DNA of 64,000 nt from Lama glama (lineage: Eukaryota), in the NCBI GenBank assembly GCA_028534125.1, contig CM052816.1:3164001-3228000 (forward strand). Reading direction: 5' to 3'. The notes beneath the pieces were generated by a model. That model did no database searches and was not told the origin of the DNA. It saw only the letters and a program-made list of their open reading frames with translations. A program made the translations under genes and the position numbers. Positions 37,637-50,838 of this stretch are shown piece by piece (positions within the stretch are counted from its first letter, which is position 1; every line of letters starts with the position of its first letter).

Positions 37637-40206
37637 TTGAAATTGATGAGTTTGCACATTTATTCCCACTTCTTCTTTGCTCTTCTCTGGCAGAAGTGCT
37701 TATAGGTGGCAAAAAGGGAAGTGGGCAGCTAGTGAAAAGAGAGCAGGAAGAGAAAGGAGAAGCAAGGATAATCTTCAGGACAAAAAATGAACCAAAAAGT
37801 TCCAACCAGATGGCTTGTTGGGAAAAGAGTGGTTTTGTTCTCTGAGCCAGACGAGCTGGAGTTGAGCTAGTAGCAGCTGACCAGCTTGGTAACCTAGGGC
37901 CTCGACGGTCTCATTCGTAAAATGTGGATAAGGGAAATATTTATCTGTAGTGTCGTGAGGATGGCACGTCCTGATAGAAGTCTGATGTTTAGAACTGGCT
38001 AGTACATACAAGCACTCGGTCGCCTCCCAGAGCCTTGCCTCCTGGGTGGGGCTCGCAGAAGGGTGCTGTCAACGTCCCCTGGGAGCTTGTTCAGAATGCA
38101 GTATCTTAGGTCTACCCAGACCTACTGGATCATAACCTGCATTTTTACCAAGATCCCCAGGAGATTTGTGTGTACGTTAGTTTATACCCGAGAGTATGTG
38201 TTCCCTAAGAATAAGTGTTACATCTCAAATATATGTTTGTCTCCTCCAGCCTACTCCAGTGCTTTGCATATAGAGGGATCAATACATGTATGTTGAAATA
38301 ATAAATATCATTTATTTAGACTCTTTCCACTCTCCTCTCCTTTTGGAAAAGAGATGGTGATCTGAAAAACCTGTATTCTAATTGCCTGGGTCTTAATTGC
38401 GTATACCATGTTGTACCTAAACCCAGCGTATTGATAAACTAGCTCTATGAAAACAGAAAGAAAGACAAAACCGTGATTTGTAGTATCTGCCAATATGCTG
38501 GTAAGAATATTCCCACCATGACCAATTCAGAGCTATCAACATGATGCCACTGAAGGCAGCACTGGGACGATGCGCACGCGATTGGCCCTCCTGAGCCAGT
38601 AGGAGGTGGTTCCCCTGTGTACCCTTCCTCTCTGTTGACTGATTTATTCAATGATCGTTTCTTTCATTCGGTAAATTGATACTGAGTGTCTACTCTATGC
38701 GGTGCCCTACACAGGTGGAAGGAAGACAGGCATATGAAAATCATTTCCTGAACCCTTAGTTTCTCATCTGTAAAATGGGTATGAATGATGGACAGGGCAG
38801 AGAAGGTCAAGTGCTGTGTTAACTCTACAGCACTCAGATGGGATTATTACCGTCTAATAACAGTGACACTACGCTAAGGCTCACCCAGGCTCGCATGCCA
38901 ATGCAAGGCCCGTTATGCTGCCAGTCGGCATTTTGCATTATGCTCCTGAGCAGCATTCTGTTTATAAATTAGGCCGTGTCTCCTCTGTAAGACTTCATGG
39001 GAGTCAGCTGGAGGGAGTCAGGCAGGAAACAAGCTTTGGCTGGGAGGCCGTAACAGTGGCCCTAAATCCCCACTCAAGTGACCTGATTAAGCCCAGCCAA
39101 ATGGCCTCCCAGCGGTGTTTACAGGCCCAGCCACCGCCACCTGCAGTCTGCGAGTAAACAACGTCTGTCCCAAGGAGGAAAGGGAACATGCAGGTGTGCC
39201 TTGCTTCTCCCCGCCTCTTCCTCTGTCCCCTTGTGTGGAGCGGTGGGAGCTTGGCTTGGCCTCTTGTAAATCATTCCCGCAGCCATGCTGACAGGGGGAA
39301 ACCGTGTGAGCCATCCATGTGTTTCTGTTTTGCACGCTTCCTCCGGTGAGGTCCACCCGCGTTATTTCCCAGGCTTCTCGCTACATACCTTAAGAAACCA
39401 AGGGTGTCTGTGGGCCCGACTGATTTAAGAGCTGGAGATGCATGCCAGATGGCTGGACTCGGGCTCTGGAGAGGGCGCAGCTGCAGCAGCCTTCAAACCC
39501 ATGTAACACTCCACCCGCCCCACACCGAGGCTCTTTACGTGGTGCTGCAATGGAAAATCTCCATAGCGATTATGCTTCTCTCCTGGAAACACGCGTTTCG
39601 TGGCTGGAGAGAGTAGATAGGATTTATACCAAGTCGGGTCTTCAGGCTGATGATACAAGTGCAGAGGAATTCAGTGTCCAGATCGTTGCTGGCCCCCTCT
39701 TTTCTCCAAAGCAGTTCTTCAGGGCTAATTTAATTGAAGAAGTAGTACATGATCATAGTAAAAATAAATTCAAATAACACAAGAGTGTACAATGAAAGAG
39801 ATCTCTTCCTTGCCCTGGATTTCCAGAATCCCCTCTCCCCAGAGGCAGCCATTGTTACCAGTTTCCTGTGTATCCTTTTAGAAATATTCCTTCCAGAAAG
39901 GATCATGGATATGTAATATAATACCTTATAATCATGTTTGGGCCATTGAGTAGCAGCTATGAATACTTGTGAACTACATCAATAAAAAGATGCGGTGCAC
40001 CAGTTCTCAGGCGTGTTCAGTGTCCACAGTCCCCAAGCCTGTCTCTGACAGGCTCATCTTCTAAATGTCTTGCACAACATCTTGCACACACAAATGCTTT
40101 GCAGATTAATGCAAAGTGTAAATGTAAAGAGCAATGATTATTTGTGAAGACACCTAGACACTGGGTTGACGTGTCCTTGACTGGACCTGTGGAATTTGGC
40201 AGACAT

Positions 40207-40231
40207 TGTGTGTGTGTGTGTGTGTGTGTGT
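40207..40231. repeat. (TG)n microsatellite
   Basis: About 12 perfect TG units. Confidence 0.95.
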
Positions 40232-43200
40232 CTCCCTAGCTCACTGGCTATTAACTGGAGAGGTATTGATTGTAGTAAAAACATTTTGCAACCTGATTGG
40301 CCAGTTTATTTGTACAGAAAATGCTTATTAAAAATTACTGTCACATAACGTAGTATGCTAAACATTCAAATGATACAAGAGCATCAGGCTAAAGGAAGTG
40401 AAAATTCTTTATCCCATCCCACCCTTTCAATCTCGTTCCCCATCTGTAATCACTCTGCATAACTGAACTACGTAACTGTGTGTGTGTTATGATTTTTTAA
40501 TCCAAATGAGATTACTCTATACATGGTATCATTCTGTAAGTTATTCCCAATTTAACATTATGCCTTCCTTGGCACACATAGATCTATCTCGTTCTTTTAA
40601 TGGCTGCATAGTATCTTATGTACTAATGTCTGGCAAGTTTAATTACATAGAAAGTCTTTCAAAGACAGACAATAGATCATTGGTAGTGATCTATGTGATG
40701 CGTCACTCTTACATTATAGCAGATCTGTCCTCAAAACTCTGGGGCTCCCACTCACTGTGGTTATATCTGACCCTGGTCTCTGGACTCAGACTCTGCAGGA
40801 GAGAGAGAATATGAGATTGAGGGGGACCACAGGAGGACGTGTACAAACGTATACATGATGGCCTGGAAGGAGCTCACAATTTAGAGTCCAGGGACCTGAG
40901 TTTTGGACGGAGCCCCACACCTCCTGGCTGTGGGGTCTCTGAGCTCTCCTCTCCCTGTTTCATTTTGTTTCCTCCTTGTCTTTGCCGTGGCTAGTTTGCT
41001 ACCTCCCATGGGCCTCACTTAGGTCTGCAGATGATGGCCACCGTGCAGGAGGCTGCTGAGTCCTGGGTAGGGGGCTGAGGGTGGTGTAGGGCCCCATGCG
41101 TGAATAATAAGCAGAGGGGGCAGAGCTTCCTGGAGGTGGGTGCCTGGGACAGAAGGAGGTGGCTCATATACATGCGGCCAGTCCATACCTGTCTGCTCCT
41201 TTGCCAGGGGTGGTGTGGTCCTTTCCCCTTTGAATACTTGACCTTCCTCTGCAGAACAGATAAGAAATGCTACCTCTGTGTCAAGCACAGAGTAAACCCT
41301 CACAGGGTAGCACCGTTAAGTTGTGCCAGGTGTAGATTCCGGAGTCAGACAATTCCTGACTTAAAACCTGACAGGTTGCTTCAATTCTCTAGCATCAGTT
41401 TTCTCACCTGTAAAATGGGAATAACAATTGTAACACCACTGCATCATTAGTGGATTTACATTAGGTGTTGAGTGCAACCTCCTTGAGATTGGGGACTTTT
41501 TTTTTTTTTTTGGATCATGCTGCATCCTCAGTGCCTAGGACAATTCTGGATACCCAGGGGGTCTCAATACATATGTGTTGAATGGCTACTGAATAAGATG
41601 ACTTGTACTCTGCCTGGTGTATAATACACGCTCAGGGACTATGAGTTATCCTTTTAGAATTATACCTGATTGTTAGTAAATGGTGCGTATTACTTCAGTC
41701 AGTTATCATGGCAGCCCTGTGAGAGGTGCAGCTGTGCTGAGCAACTTAACCACAGAGCTAGCAGATAGCAGAGCCAGAATTTGAGTCCAGGTGTGTCCCA
41801 CTCCCAGCCCATGCTCACACTTGTGCCTTACCACCCCATCCCAGAGGGACCACATCACCCGCTCTTCACGCCTCCCTGTGCTGCCTTTGAAGCTCCCTGT
41901 AACTCCTTCTCACCTGGATGCGGACTGAGGGGAAAGGGAAGAAGGGTGACAGAGTGATTACCTCTTAGGGCAGCTCTGGATGTAGGGATGTAAGCTGTGT
42001 CCCCTGGGGTTTAGCTGTTGCCTGCGGTTTAGCTGTTCCCAGGAAGCAGTTCTTGCCTAGTTCTTTGAAGGATGCATTTGAGTCCTGCAGTCATTCAGGG
42101 GTTAAACCTGTTGCCTGCCCGGCCTGCCCTGCCAGGGTTCCTCTGTACAATTTCATTTGTGTCAAGTGCTCAACAATGAGGAATAGGACGGAGAGCGGAA
42201 CAGAGAATAGCGTGTGAGGTCCTGGCCACCCAGCCTCCTGGGCTCCCCCTCCCCGGCACCTGGCTAAGCTCTGCCAGTCCTTACATTTAACAAATTAGAT
42301 CAACTGAGATGCTCAGAAGGAGAAATGACTGGTGGATGCTCAGTGGAGGGCAGCTAGCAGAACTAGGCGGGGCTGACAGGGGTGGGCCCTGGGAGCTAGA
42401 TGCTCACAAATGCCCCCAGTCTCAAAGCTGGGGCCCCCTGCAGAGTGCTGGGGCTTGTGCCAGCCTCTCCCCCATCCCCAGGCAGGCGGGAGGGCTGCAG
42501 CTGAGACACAGGCGGGTGACCAGGGGCCATGGACAGGGAGGGGAGCGGAGCGGTGCAGAGTCCTGTTGCTGGAAGGACCTCAATGTCCTGAGCCTGTGCT
42601 TCTCAAATTATAATCTGCTCACTCCTGAAAGCAGAACTGTTCGGGGCTCTGTGAAAAGAGAGGCCCCCGCCACAGCCTGGACTCCAAGTCAAAGCTCCTG
42701 CCGGCAGCTGTACAGGGGTTTCTCTGGGACGTGTTCACAATGCAGATGCTCAGGCCGACAGAGCCTCAGTCTCCTCTGCTGGGCCTGGACACCTGCACTT
42801 TCAATACACCCCGTGGACTCTTCTAATGGGAACTCTGATCCTAAGATCTCTGACCCACAAGTTTGGAACTCACTGATAGAGGCAGATAACACAGAGGTTA
42901 AGGGCATGGGGTTCAGAGCCTGCCAGACCTCAAATCTTTGGCCCCAGAACACCCATGAGAGCTTGTTATTTAATCTCTCGGGGGCTCAGTTTCCTCCTCT
43001 GTAAAATGGGACCCATGATGGTGCTTGGTAGCACTGATGTGAGAATGAAATAGGGATGATGATTGTAAGCACAGTGCCTGGCATGTGGTTAACTCTCAAA
43101 ACATAGTGTCTGAAAATGAGAAGTAAACCGCCTGCCTCCTCTGTCTTCTCTCTCCCAGCTGGTGTCCCAACGTCCAGGCCAGCTGGGTATCGCCCAGGCA

Positions 43201-45272
43201 CACCTCAGAGGAGAGTTGCTGGCGCTTGTCACTTACAGCCACCACGATTACTGTTCACTGTGCACCAAAATTCTGTGTGGTCTCTGTCCTATTCGGCTTC
43301 CAGGCTTATTCAAGTGATGCTCAGTCAACGACGCTGGAACTTTCACCCATCCCTGTGCGGAACTTTCCACTGGGTGTTACCTCCATAGCCACAGCACACA
43401 CACGCAAAACCATCAGCTGGTTAGTGGTCACGCCCTCTGTTTCCAATGTTTGTGGCCATTAGGGGAAACTGAGGTGATGGGAGGGGCCTTGGGCAGCCGA
43501 GATGAGAAGATAGCTTGGGAACAGGATGCCCGCAGCAGCTCTGCCCACTGCCCTTTCCTGTCTGGATTCAGGAGAGGATGTGACCCTTGCTCTTTGCTCC
43601 ACTCCCACCCCCAGCTGTTCAGGGAGCACCTTGGGTGTCCCCGCAGGGGCTGGTCTGGGACTGCTGCGTCAGCCTGGGCGAGGCAGCCGGGAAGTCGTCA
43701 GGCTCCTGGGCACCAGAATGAGGTCAACCAGGGATGGATTCCAGGAAGGGCTGCTGCTTATCAGAGCCTGGCGCTGTCTCTCCTGAGAGCATCACAGACT
43801 CTTCCCAAAGGGCAAAACCTGGGCGGGGATCCCAAGAGGCTGCCGGTGGGGATGGAAGCCAAGACAGCCAAAGATGAGGTCCGGCCAGTTTGGAGTGGCA
43901 GAGACCGACCCTTAGACACTTCCCCTTTTGAACTCTCTGGATGGATGGGGCTGGAGGTTTTGGAGCACGTGAGATGCTGTGGGGCCCCTGGGACTCACTG
44001 CAGGGATCTTCCTTCCCTAGGGCCCTGAGGACATTCCCTCGCTTTAGTTTTCATCTCACTGTATCAAGGATGGCAAATCCCCACTACATGGGCCTCTGCT
44101 CACCCTTCCATTCAGTATTTGTGATAGTGATTGATGGTACGTCCTGGCCGTCTCTCTCACCAAGTCCAGATGAAACACCCAGAAGCCTCACTGTGGCAGC
44201 ACCCCAGACAGCTGCGTCCAATCCATCAGTGTTAAGGGTGATGAAAACTTTTCGCTTTCTCTGTTACATACTGTAGTGATTTATGCCCATGTTCTGACTC
44301 TCTAAGTTCCATGAGGGCAGGCATCTTGTCTGTCTTACTCACTACTCCACCCTCAGCAACTAGCGTAGTGCCTTACACGTGGCAGGTGCTCAGGAAATAT
44401 TTGTGGAATGAATGACTCTCTGTCCTCCAATGGGCTGTGAATGACTCAAGGACAGGGATGATGTCTAGATTACATCTAATACAGAGTAAGGGCTCAGTGA
44501 GTGAAAGAACATAATGGGTGCTGCCCATCTCTATTCTGAGTTCAAGGCAAGTATCTGTAACCAGAGAACAGAGTCACCCGTCCTTGGCTGTGGGTGTCAT
44601 TTCACCGGAAACCTGCTGGTTGACACGGGGAAGCTGGGGCTGGTGGGAATGCCGTCGGTGACATCTCCAGCTTTGGTTTCTGAGAACTAAGACACTTGTC
44701 TTTCCATTTAATCATCCCAAGAATCCTGCAGAATTAGTAAATTATCATTTGCTTTTGCATGTGGGGAGACTGAGGCTTGGAGTGATTTAAGAGATTTTTG
44801 GAGAGTGTTTGACAGTTTACTTTTGGAGCTAAGACTAGAACTTGGGTCTCCTTACTCCCAGGCCAGCGTTCTTTCTTCAGTCTCCATACTGTCTTTTTCT
44901 CAATCTGTAAAGTTTAGACCTCTGATTTGTCGTATGCCATGTTGGGGTTTGGGAAGCTTTTTGGAATCCTGGTCCTACTGTCCTTTGTAAGTATTAACTG
45001 TCCCGGTCCAGCCCTTTGAGAACCTTGAGCTTCTCTGTGGTAAGTTTAAGTTTTTATGCCCTGAGACTGTGCACTGCATCTATCATACACCTGTGTTTCT
45101 CTGGAGAGGAAGTGTGAATTTGCGTCAGATTCTCACCAAGGAGTGCATGACCTCATAATAAGATAAAGCAGCAATGATCAAAGCCATTTTGCATATGGGG
45201 AAACTGAGGCCCGAGCAAAGGACTCTTCCAGGACCATAATCTTTGACCAGAGATTCTATTTCTTATCGACAG

Positions 45273-45465
45273 AGGACTGATTATGGTGAGCAGTAACCTC
45301 AGCTATGTCATCGAGCCCCTCCCTGACGGCGGGGGCCACCACCTTATTTACAGATCTGAACATCTCAAGCTGCCCCCTGGGAACTGTGGGTTCAAGCACT
45401 CCACGCCCACTGCCAGGGACTGGGCCCTTCAGTTTACGAACCAGACCAAGAAACAACCTCGCAGG
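45273..45465 (+). CDS. ADAM19: ADAM19 exon 6 (GLIMVSSNLSYVIEPLPDGGGHHLIYRSEHLKLPPGNCG...NQTKKQPRR), end of prodomain
   Basis: acag| acceptor, AGG|gtgagt donor, 193 nt; YVIEP and HLIY motifs. Confidence 0.97.
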
Positions 45466-46140
45466 GTGAGTTTCTCAGTGCAGGAGCCAGCCCGAGGATA
45501 GGCTTGTCCCCTCTGAGGACCCTTAGCTTGGATCCAGGAGTATTTCTAAATGAAAGGGAGAGGGCTAAGAAAGAGGAAATCACTTTTTTCTTTTAATCTA
45601 AGTCGCTGTTGAGTGTGAGATACCCTTGTATTCAACAGAATAACTGCTTTGGGGGGGGGGGAACATCACTGCATTTAAAATAATCTGAGAGGCTGATTCC
45701 AGAAACTTTGAAATGTGAGGAAAAATGTGCCTCCGTTTTTGGCATAACCACTTAGCCACATGCACAAAATGCTTGTATCTCTTTATACCCAAAATAGAGG
45801 TACATGGTTTAAATGCCTTTTGGGAACTTGATTGTCAGCATGTTCCCTCACAGTGTGTTGGCCTCTGTTCTGACTGTACCAGGCAGCTAGTTCATTATTT
45901 TTTGAGAATAAAGGACTGGAGCCAGTGTCCCAGAGCAGCCTCCAGCGATAACCAGGATGGCGGGCACCAGCTATAGTGAGGGTGACGGCGGCCGCAGGCA
46001 GAAGTACCCCTAGTGCCCATGCCCCGGTCCAGCAAGGAGGCCCACGGCTTATTCACCAGCAACATCTCTTAGCAGTTTTTCTGAAACGAGACCAAGTTCA
46101 CCATTTTTGTGGCTCTGATCTGTTTCTATCTCTTTCTTAG

Positions 46141-46206
46141 ATGAAAAGGGAAGATTTACACTCCATGAAGTATGTGGAGCTTTATCTCGTGGCTGATTAT
46201 GCAGAG
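46141..46206 (+). CDS. ADAM19: ADAM19 exon 7 (MKREDLHSMKYVELYLVADYAE): furin site and start of metalloprotease domain
   Basis: tcttag| acceptor, GAG|gtaag donor, 66 nt; KYVELxLVAD reprolysin motif. Confidence 0.97.
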
Positions 46207-46658
46207 GTAAGGGGTAGGCAGTGGGGGTTTTAGCAGAAAAACTACGCTTTTGATAGCTCCCATTCCAGCCTTCAAACAGCTTTGCAGAAATGCTGAAGCC
46301 TTCATCTTTCTTCTGGTTTGTCATGTGATTTTTGACCTTACTTCTGACCAAAGGCTCTTTTTGCTATTTTAAACTTAGTTGGGGGAAAAAAAACAAAGGA
46401 AAAAGTCTCTTCTAGCTCAATACATTAATCAGATAGAAAGTCAGGACAAATAATGTTATTTGGATGAACATTTCTTAGGCTGGATCTGAAGACCCTTGGC
46501 TTTTGGTACTTATTCTCAGGGAGTCCGTGAGTTCGCTATAGAAATTTAAAAAAAGGTTTTTTGGCAAAGATAGAAGTGTATTCATCTGATTGATAATTTT
46601 CTTGCCAATGTATGGGTCTATTTGTATAATCATGTTAATCCCAGATGAGAACCTAAGC

Positions 46659-46832
46659 CATGGTTCCCAAAATGTGGTCCCCAGACCAGCAGCATGAGCA
46701 GCACCCAGGAACTGGGGGCTCTGGCTGCACGCCAGATGTACTGAATCCCAAACCGTGGGTCTGGGGTCCAGTAATTCATTTTAACAAGCCCTCTGTGAGA
46801 TTCTGATGCACAGGCGGGCTTGAGAACAACTG
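46659..46832. mobile_element. MER5A-like hAT MITE
   Basis: tggttcccaaaatgtggtccccagaccagcagcat...ttttaacaagccctc...gattctgatgcac...ttgagaacaactg with inverted termini. Confidence 0.75.
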
Positions 46833-47724
46833 ACCTAAAGGAATAGCTGTTTGGCCTTTAATTCCATATTCTTCAAATTAGGTTCTTGTCAGCCTTGGCT
46901 TCTGAGATTTGATGAATACTCACCTCTCTCAACTCTTTCATTTCGTTTTTCATTGATTTCTTGATTATCATGTGCTCAGCACAGTGCTTGGCCCCAGGAG
47001 ACAGAGACAGACCTGCCCCTGCATCACAGAGTTTACAACAGCAGCACAAACACTCTAGTTCCAAGTGTGATGACAGCTAAGATGGTTCGTTGTAGAGGAT
47101 TAGGGTGCAGGTAATGAGGGATTCAGCGTGGTTTTGGGAATTGGAGAAAGCTTCTCTGAGATCGTGGTGATGAAGCTGACTCGTGAAGAATGGGTTCAGG
47201 CCCTGGGGCCCTATCTGCCTAAACTAGCCATAGTTTACCTCCAATTCTCACTTACCTAGTGACTCAGCCATCTATCTAAGTGCACCTTCCTGGCATGGAA
47301 GGTCATGATGAGCTGAGTGCTCCCCACATTCTAACACTGCACCTTGCTGGGGCTCCCTAATTAGGGCAGAACTCATCAGCTCCTGTCAGCCTCACACCAG
47401 CTCCTCCAGAGGCCTCATTCTCAGGCAGCTCTACCTAGTCCACGATCCCAAAGCACAGATCCCGGAGGCAGTGCAGGGTAGCAAGAGACACTAGACTTCA
47501 TGTCTGCAAGGGCAAGGAGTCATTAATTGGGCAGAGAAGTGGAGGTGCAGGCACTCCAGGCCCAGGGAACATCGTGTTCTGCTTTGAGAGGAGTTTTGCT
47601 TTTTAATGGACATCAGTATTGGTTTTTCCAGCAGTCTTTTTTTTCTCTTTTGTTTTCTTTTCCAAAGACTGATGTGTGAGTAGGAAGGGGGGGAAGTATG
47701 AGGAGCAAAATACAAAGCTGATTT

Positions 47725-47884
47725 TTAAAATAATTTATTTATTTTATCTTTAATTTTTAAAAATTTTGTTGGTGGAGAGGTAATTAGGTTTGTTTATTTA
47801 TGTCTAGTGGAGGTGCTGGGGATTGAACCCAGGACCCCACGCATGCTAGGCATGCAATCTACCACTGAGCTATACCTTCCCCAA
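47725..47884 (-). mobile_element. tRNA-derived SINE (camelid type) with target-site duplication
   Basis: Reverse complement reads gggaaggtatagctcagtggtag...gggtcctgggttcaatccccagcacctcca...aataaacaaacctaattacctc plus an A-rich tail; TSD aaagctgattt at 47714-47724 and 47885-47895. Confidence 0.9.
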
Positions 47885-49062
47885 AAAGCTGATTTATAAG
47901 CCCAGGCTCTGTGGTCATGAGAGGGGCTGATGGCGCTGGCCCCTGCCCGACAGAACTGCCGTAATAGGAGGGTTGCTGGGAGAAAGCTGAGCTCCTCTGA
48001 CTACATCCTTAAGCTTTGCATCTAAGATCATTTAATACACTGGTCTTGAACCATTTTTTTTAAAGCCACAGAATTCTTTGTTCAGATGAAAGCTCCTGGA
48101 CCTCGGGAGTTAAGCATATAGAAACAGGGCTGCTCTAACGTAAATGTGGAGGGATCCTCCCCCTCGGCCCTGCACGCTTCCCAGAGGAATCCTGGTGCGG
48201 GGTTTTAAAACCCACTGGGTGTGAGTCTGGAAGCTGGAGAAGCAGGGGCAGGGCAGGGTTTGGTCATCTTCAGTCTCCTGACCTCCAGAGTCACAGCAAA
48301 CCCCAAAGAGGAAAAGTGTCTGCCCAGGGTGCCTCCAGGACTGTGGTGCCGCCTAGAGCCATCTTCCGGAGGAGAGAGCCTGCAGCAGGGCGTGATTTAC
48401 GCAGCTCAGTGGATGGTGCACAGGGAGCCTGCTCACTTCTCTGGGTCCTGGGCTTTGAATGATTCACGACAGGGGTTGGGTAGGGGATGTAATAGCCAGG
48501 CTGAGCTCACAGGCGCAGAAATCCCCACCTTCTCACCACCTCTTCCCCCACTCCCTCTTCACATGGCCTCTCATCCTCCACAGGCAGAAATGTATTCCTG
48601 ACAATTAATTAATCTGGGAGGATGGGAAGACAGGGAAGGGGAGGGCTGCCTTATCTGTGATTTACAGCCTAGTGCTGAGAGCAGCCAGGCTCTGCCTCTG
48701 GGCTCTGAAATCCCAGCAGGGAGCGGAGATATGTATAGTGCTTGCTGCCTGGAGAGAAGGGGTTTCAGCAGGAAAAATGACCAAGCAGCTCCCTGGGCCT
48801 GGGTGGGAGCCCCTGGGGTGGTTCTTAGCTTATTCATTCCTCAGGTGAAACGGGCAGTTCAATCACGGGAATGGCAGGGTGGAATGTTGTAGGAGGAGAC
48901 AGGATGGCTGTGAAAGCAGGTATGCAAAGGGCTTTTATGGTACAGATAGAAGGTGGGGTAGTTGGGAAAGACCAGGTAATGCACTGTGTCACCCTGGAAG
49001 GTGTAAGGGTGAGATACTCTTTTCTTTACACCAGGAGAGGAGAGGAGAAGAAAGGAGTAAAT

Positions 49063-49250
49063 GAGTGGTATCGACTAGCCCATGGCCAAATCCAGCCCAC
49101 CCGTGCTTTTGTGAATAAAGTTTTATCCATGCCTACTGCCACTTGCATTGTCCGTGGCTGCTCTTGAGTGGTTGTGGAAGAGACAGTATTGCTGCAAAGC
49201 CTAAAATATTTACAATCTGGCCATTTACAGAAAAAGGTGGCTGACTCCTG
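49063..49250. mobile_element. MER58A-like hAT MITE
   Basis: ggccaaatccagccc...ttttgtgaataaagtttta...gcctaaaatatttac..tctggcc.tttacagaaaaag. Confidence 0.75.
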
Positions 49251-50766
49251 CCTGAGGCGCTCCCGGACAGTACTTGATGCATTCCTTAAACTGTGGTGGT
49301 ATTATCAGGCAGTAGTTTGAAGATAAGATTTGAAAGACAATGAAACCTGACTCTGATTGTTCTAATAAATACTCACTAAATGCTATGACACTTCCTGTGC
49401 AGTGAGGGGAATTTAGAAATGGGTTGACTCTGTAAGGAGAAACTCAAGGATGGAGACCTTGGAAAGCTCTCAGTCACAGGGCCTTACATTGAACTAAACA
49501 CTGTAGAAAGCAAAGGTGAACGTGAGATGATTACAGTTCTGACGAGTCGCAGCTCCTGGGAAGCCCAGGAAGGTCCACAAGCAGCGGGAGAAAAGGAAAC
49601 AGTGGGTTTCTCCCCTGGGTCATGGCTGAGACCCATCCCCATCCGGACACATATTCCCACGGTGTTTCATTTGGCTGTTCTTTTTGTCTCTTTCCTGGAT
49701 ATTCTTGTGGGATGCGATGGAGGAAGGGCATGAAGGTTTAGACTGAAGTAACACATAGCGCGTACCCAAGGTAAATCTGATAGGTACCCAAGATTCTATG
49801 TAACTACGGCAGTGTTTGGGCCACACCCATCATTTTCAAATTTTGATTACATTTTATCTTTCTGCTGTGGAGCATTCCTTCATCACTGCAGCTGAAAGAG
49901 ATCTATCCTTTTGAAGCAGGCACGATCAACGTGAGGCTGCCTACCTAAATGTGCTCCTCCTGGCACTCACTGCAGACCTTTCTAATCCAGCTCAGCACTC
50001 TTTCCTGCCGAGCCCCTTGCAGTCTCAGAATCCTTCTCCCCGTAGAAGGCACTGCTGGTTGATGAGAGCGGCGGGCCAGGTGAAGCCTGCTGGCTGAGGC
50101 CTTGCATAGTCCTCACCGCCAGCCCCCATTCTGTGACATTCACGTGGCCTCGCGTTGCCATTCCTTCTGTGCAGGTTTTCTCAGCCGATTTCAGTCGCAG
50201 ACTCCTTAAATGTAGAATCTGCCATTGTCATCGTTTCTGGTTAGCTCTCTGGTTTGACTGAAGTTCCTGCAGGCTAGGACCAGGACCTCACACTTTGGGT
50301 CCCGCCTAGTGCCAAGTGCAGTGCCTTGCACCTTGCAGGCATTCAGTTGACTGATCCCAGGGAGGGAGGCCTTGGGAGATCCCTGTGATGGGGGCTCCGT
50401 GCTGAGTGATAGCCAAGGTAAGGATTGGACCAGTCCGTCTTCTAAGCCCCAGTGGGGAGTCTGGGGGAGGCCTTGTAATTAGGAGGACCGGAGAACAAGG
50501 TTGATGTCAAGGGCTGGAAGAAGACAGTTCAGTTCACTACACAACGATTGCATGGCTGCTCTGTGCCTGCCACTGAGCTAGCAGTCGGGGATACCGGGTT
50601 CTGCCTTCCCCGAGCTGACACTGTGTTTGTTGGGGAGAAAGTTATATAAAAATAACTACTCATGGAAGAAAGTGAAAACGAGTTCAAAGACAAGTGGTGG
50701 GGCACACAAGGGAGGGGTCCTGGGAAGGGTTCTGGGGTCTCACCCAGTTCTGCTTGCCCTGTTTAG

Positions 50767-50838
50767 TTCCAGAAGAATCGACGAGACCCGGACGCCACCA
50801 GACACAAGCTCATGGAGGTCGCCAATTACGTTGATAAG
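50767..50838 (+). CDS. ADAM19: ADAM19 exon 8 (FQKNRRDPDATRHKLMEVANYVDK)
   Basis: gtttag| acceptor, AAG|gtgag donor, 72 nt. Confidence 0.97.

Noticed and set aside
42309..44028. 231-aa and 192-aa sense ORFs in intron 5
   Set aside because: No recognisable domain; the first runs into a MIR-like repeat; exons 5 and 6 already join in frame without them.
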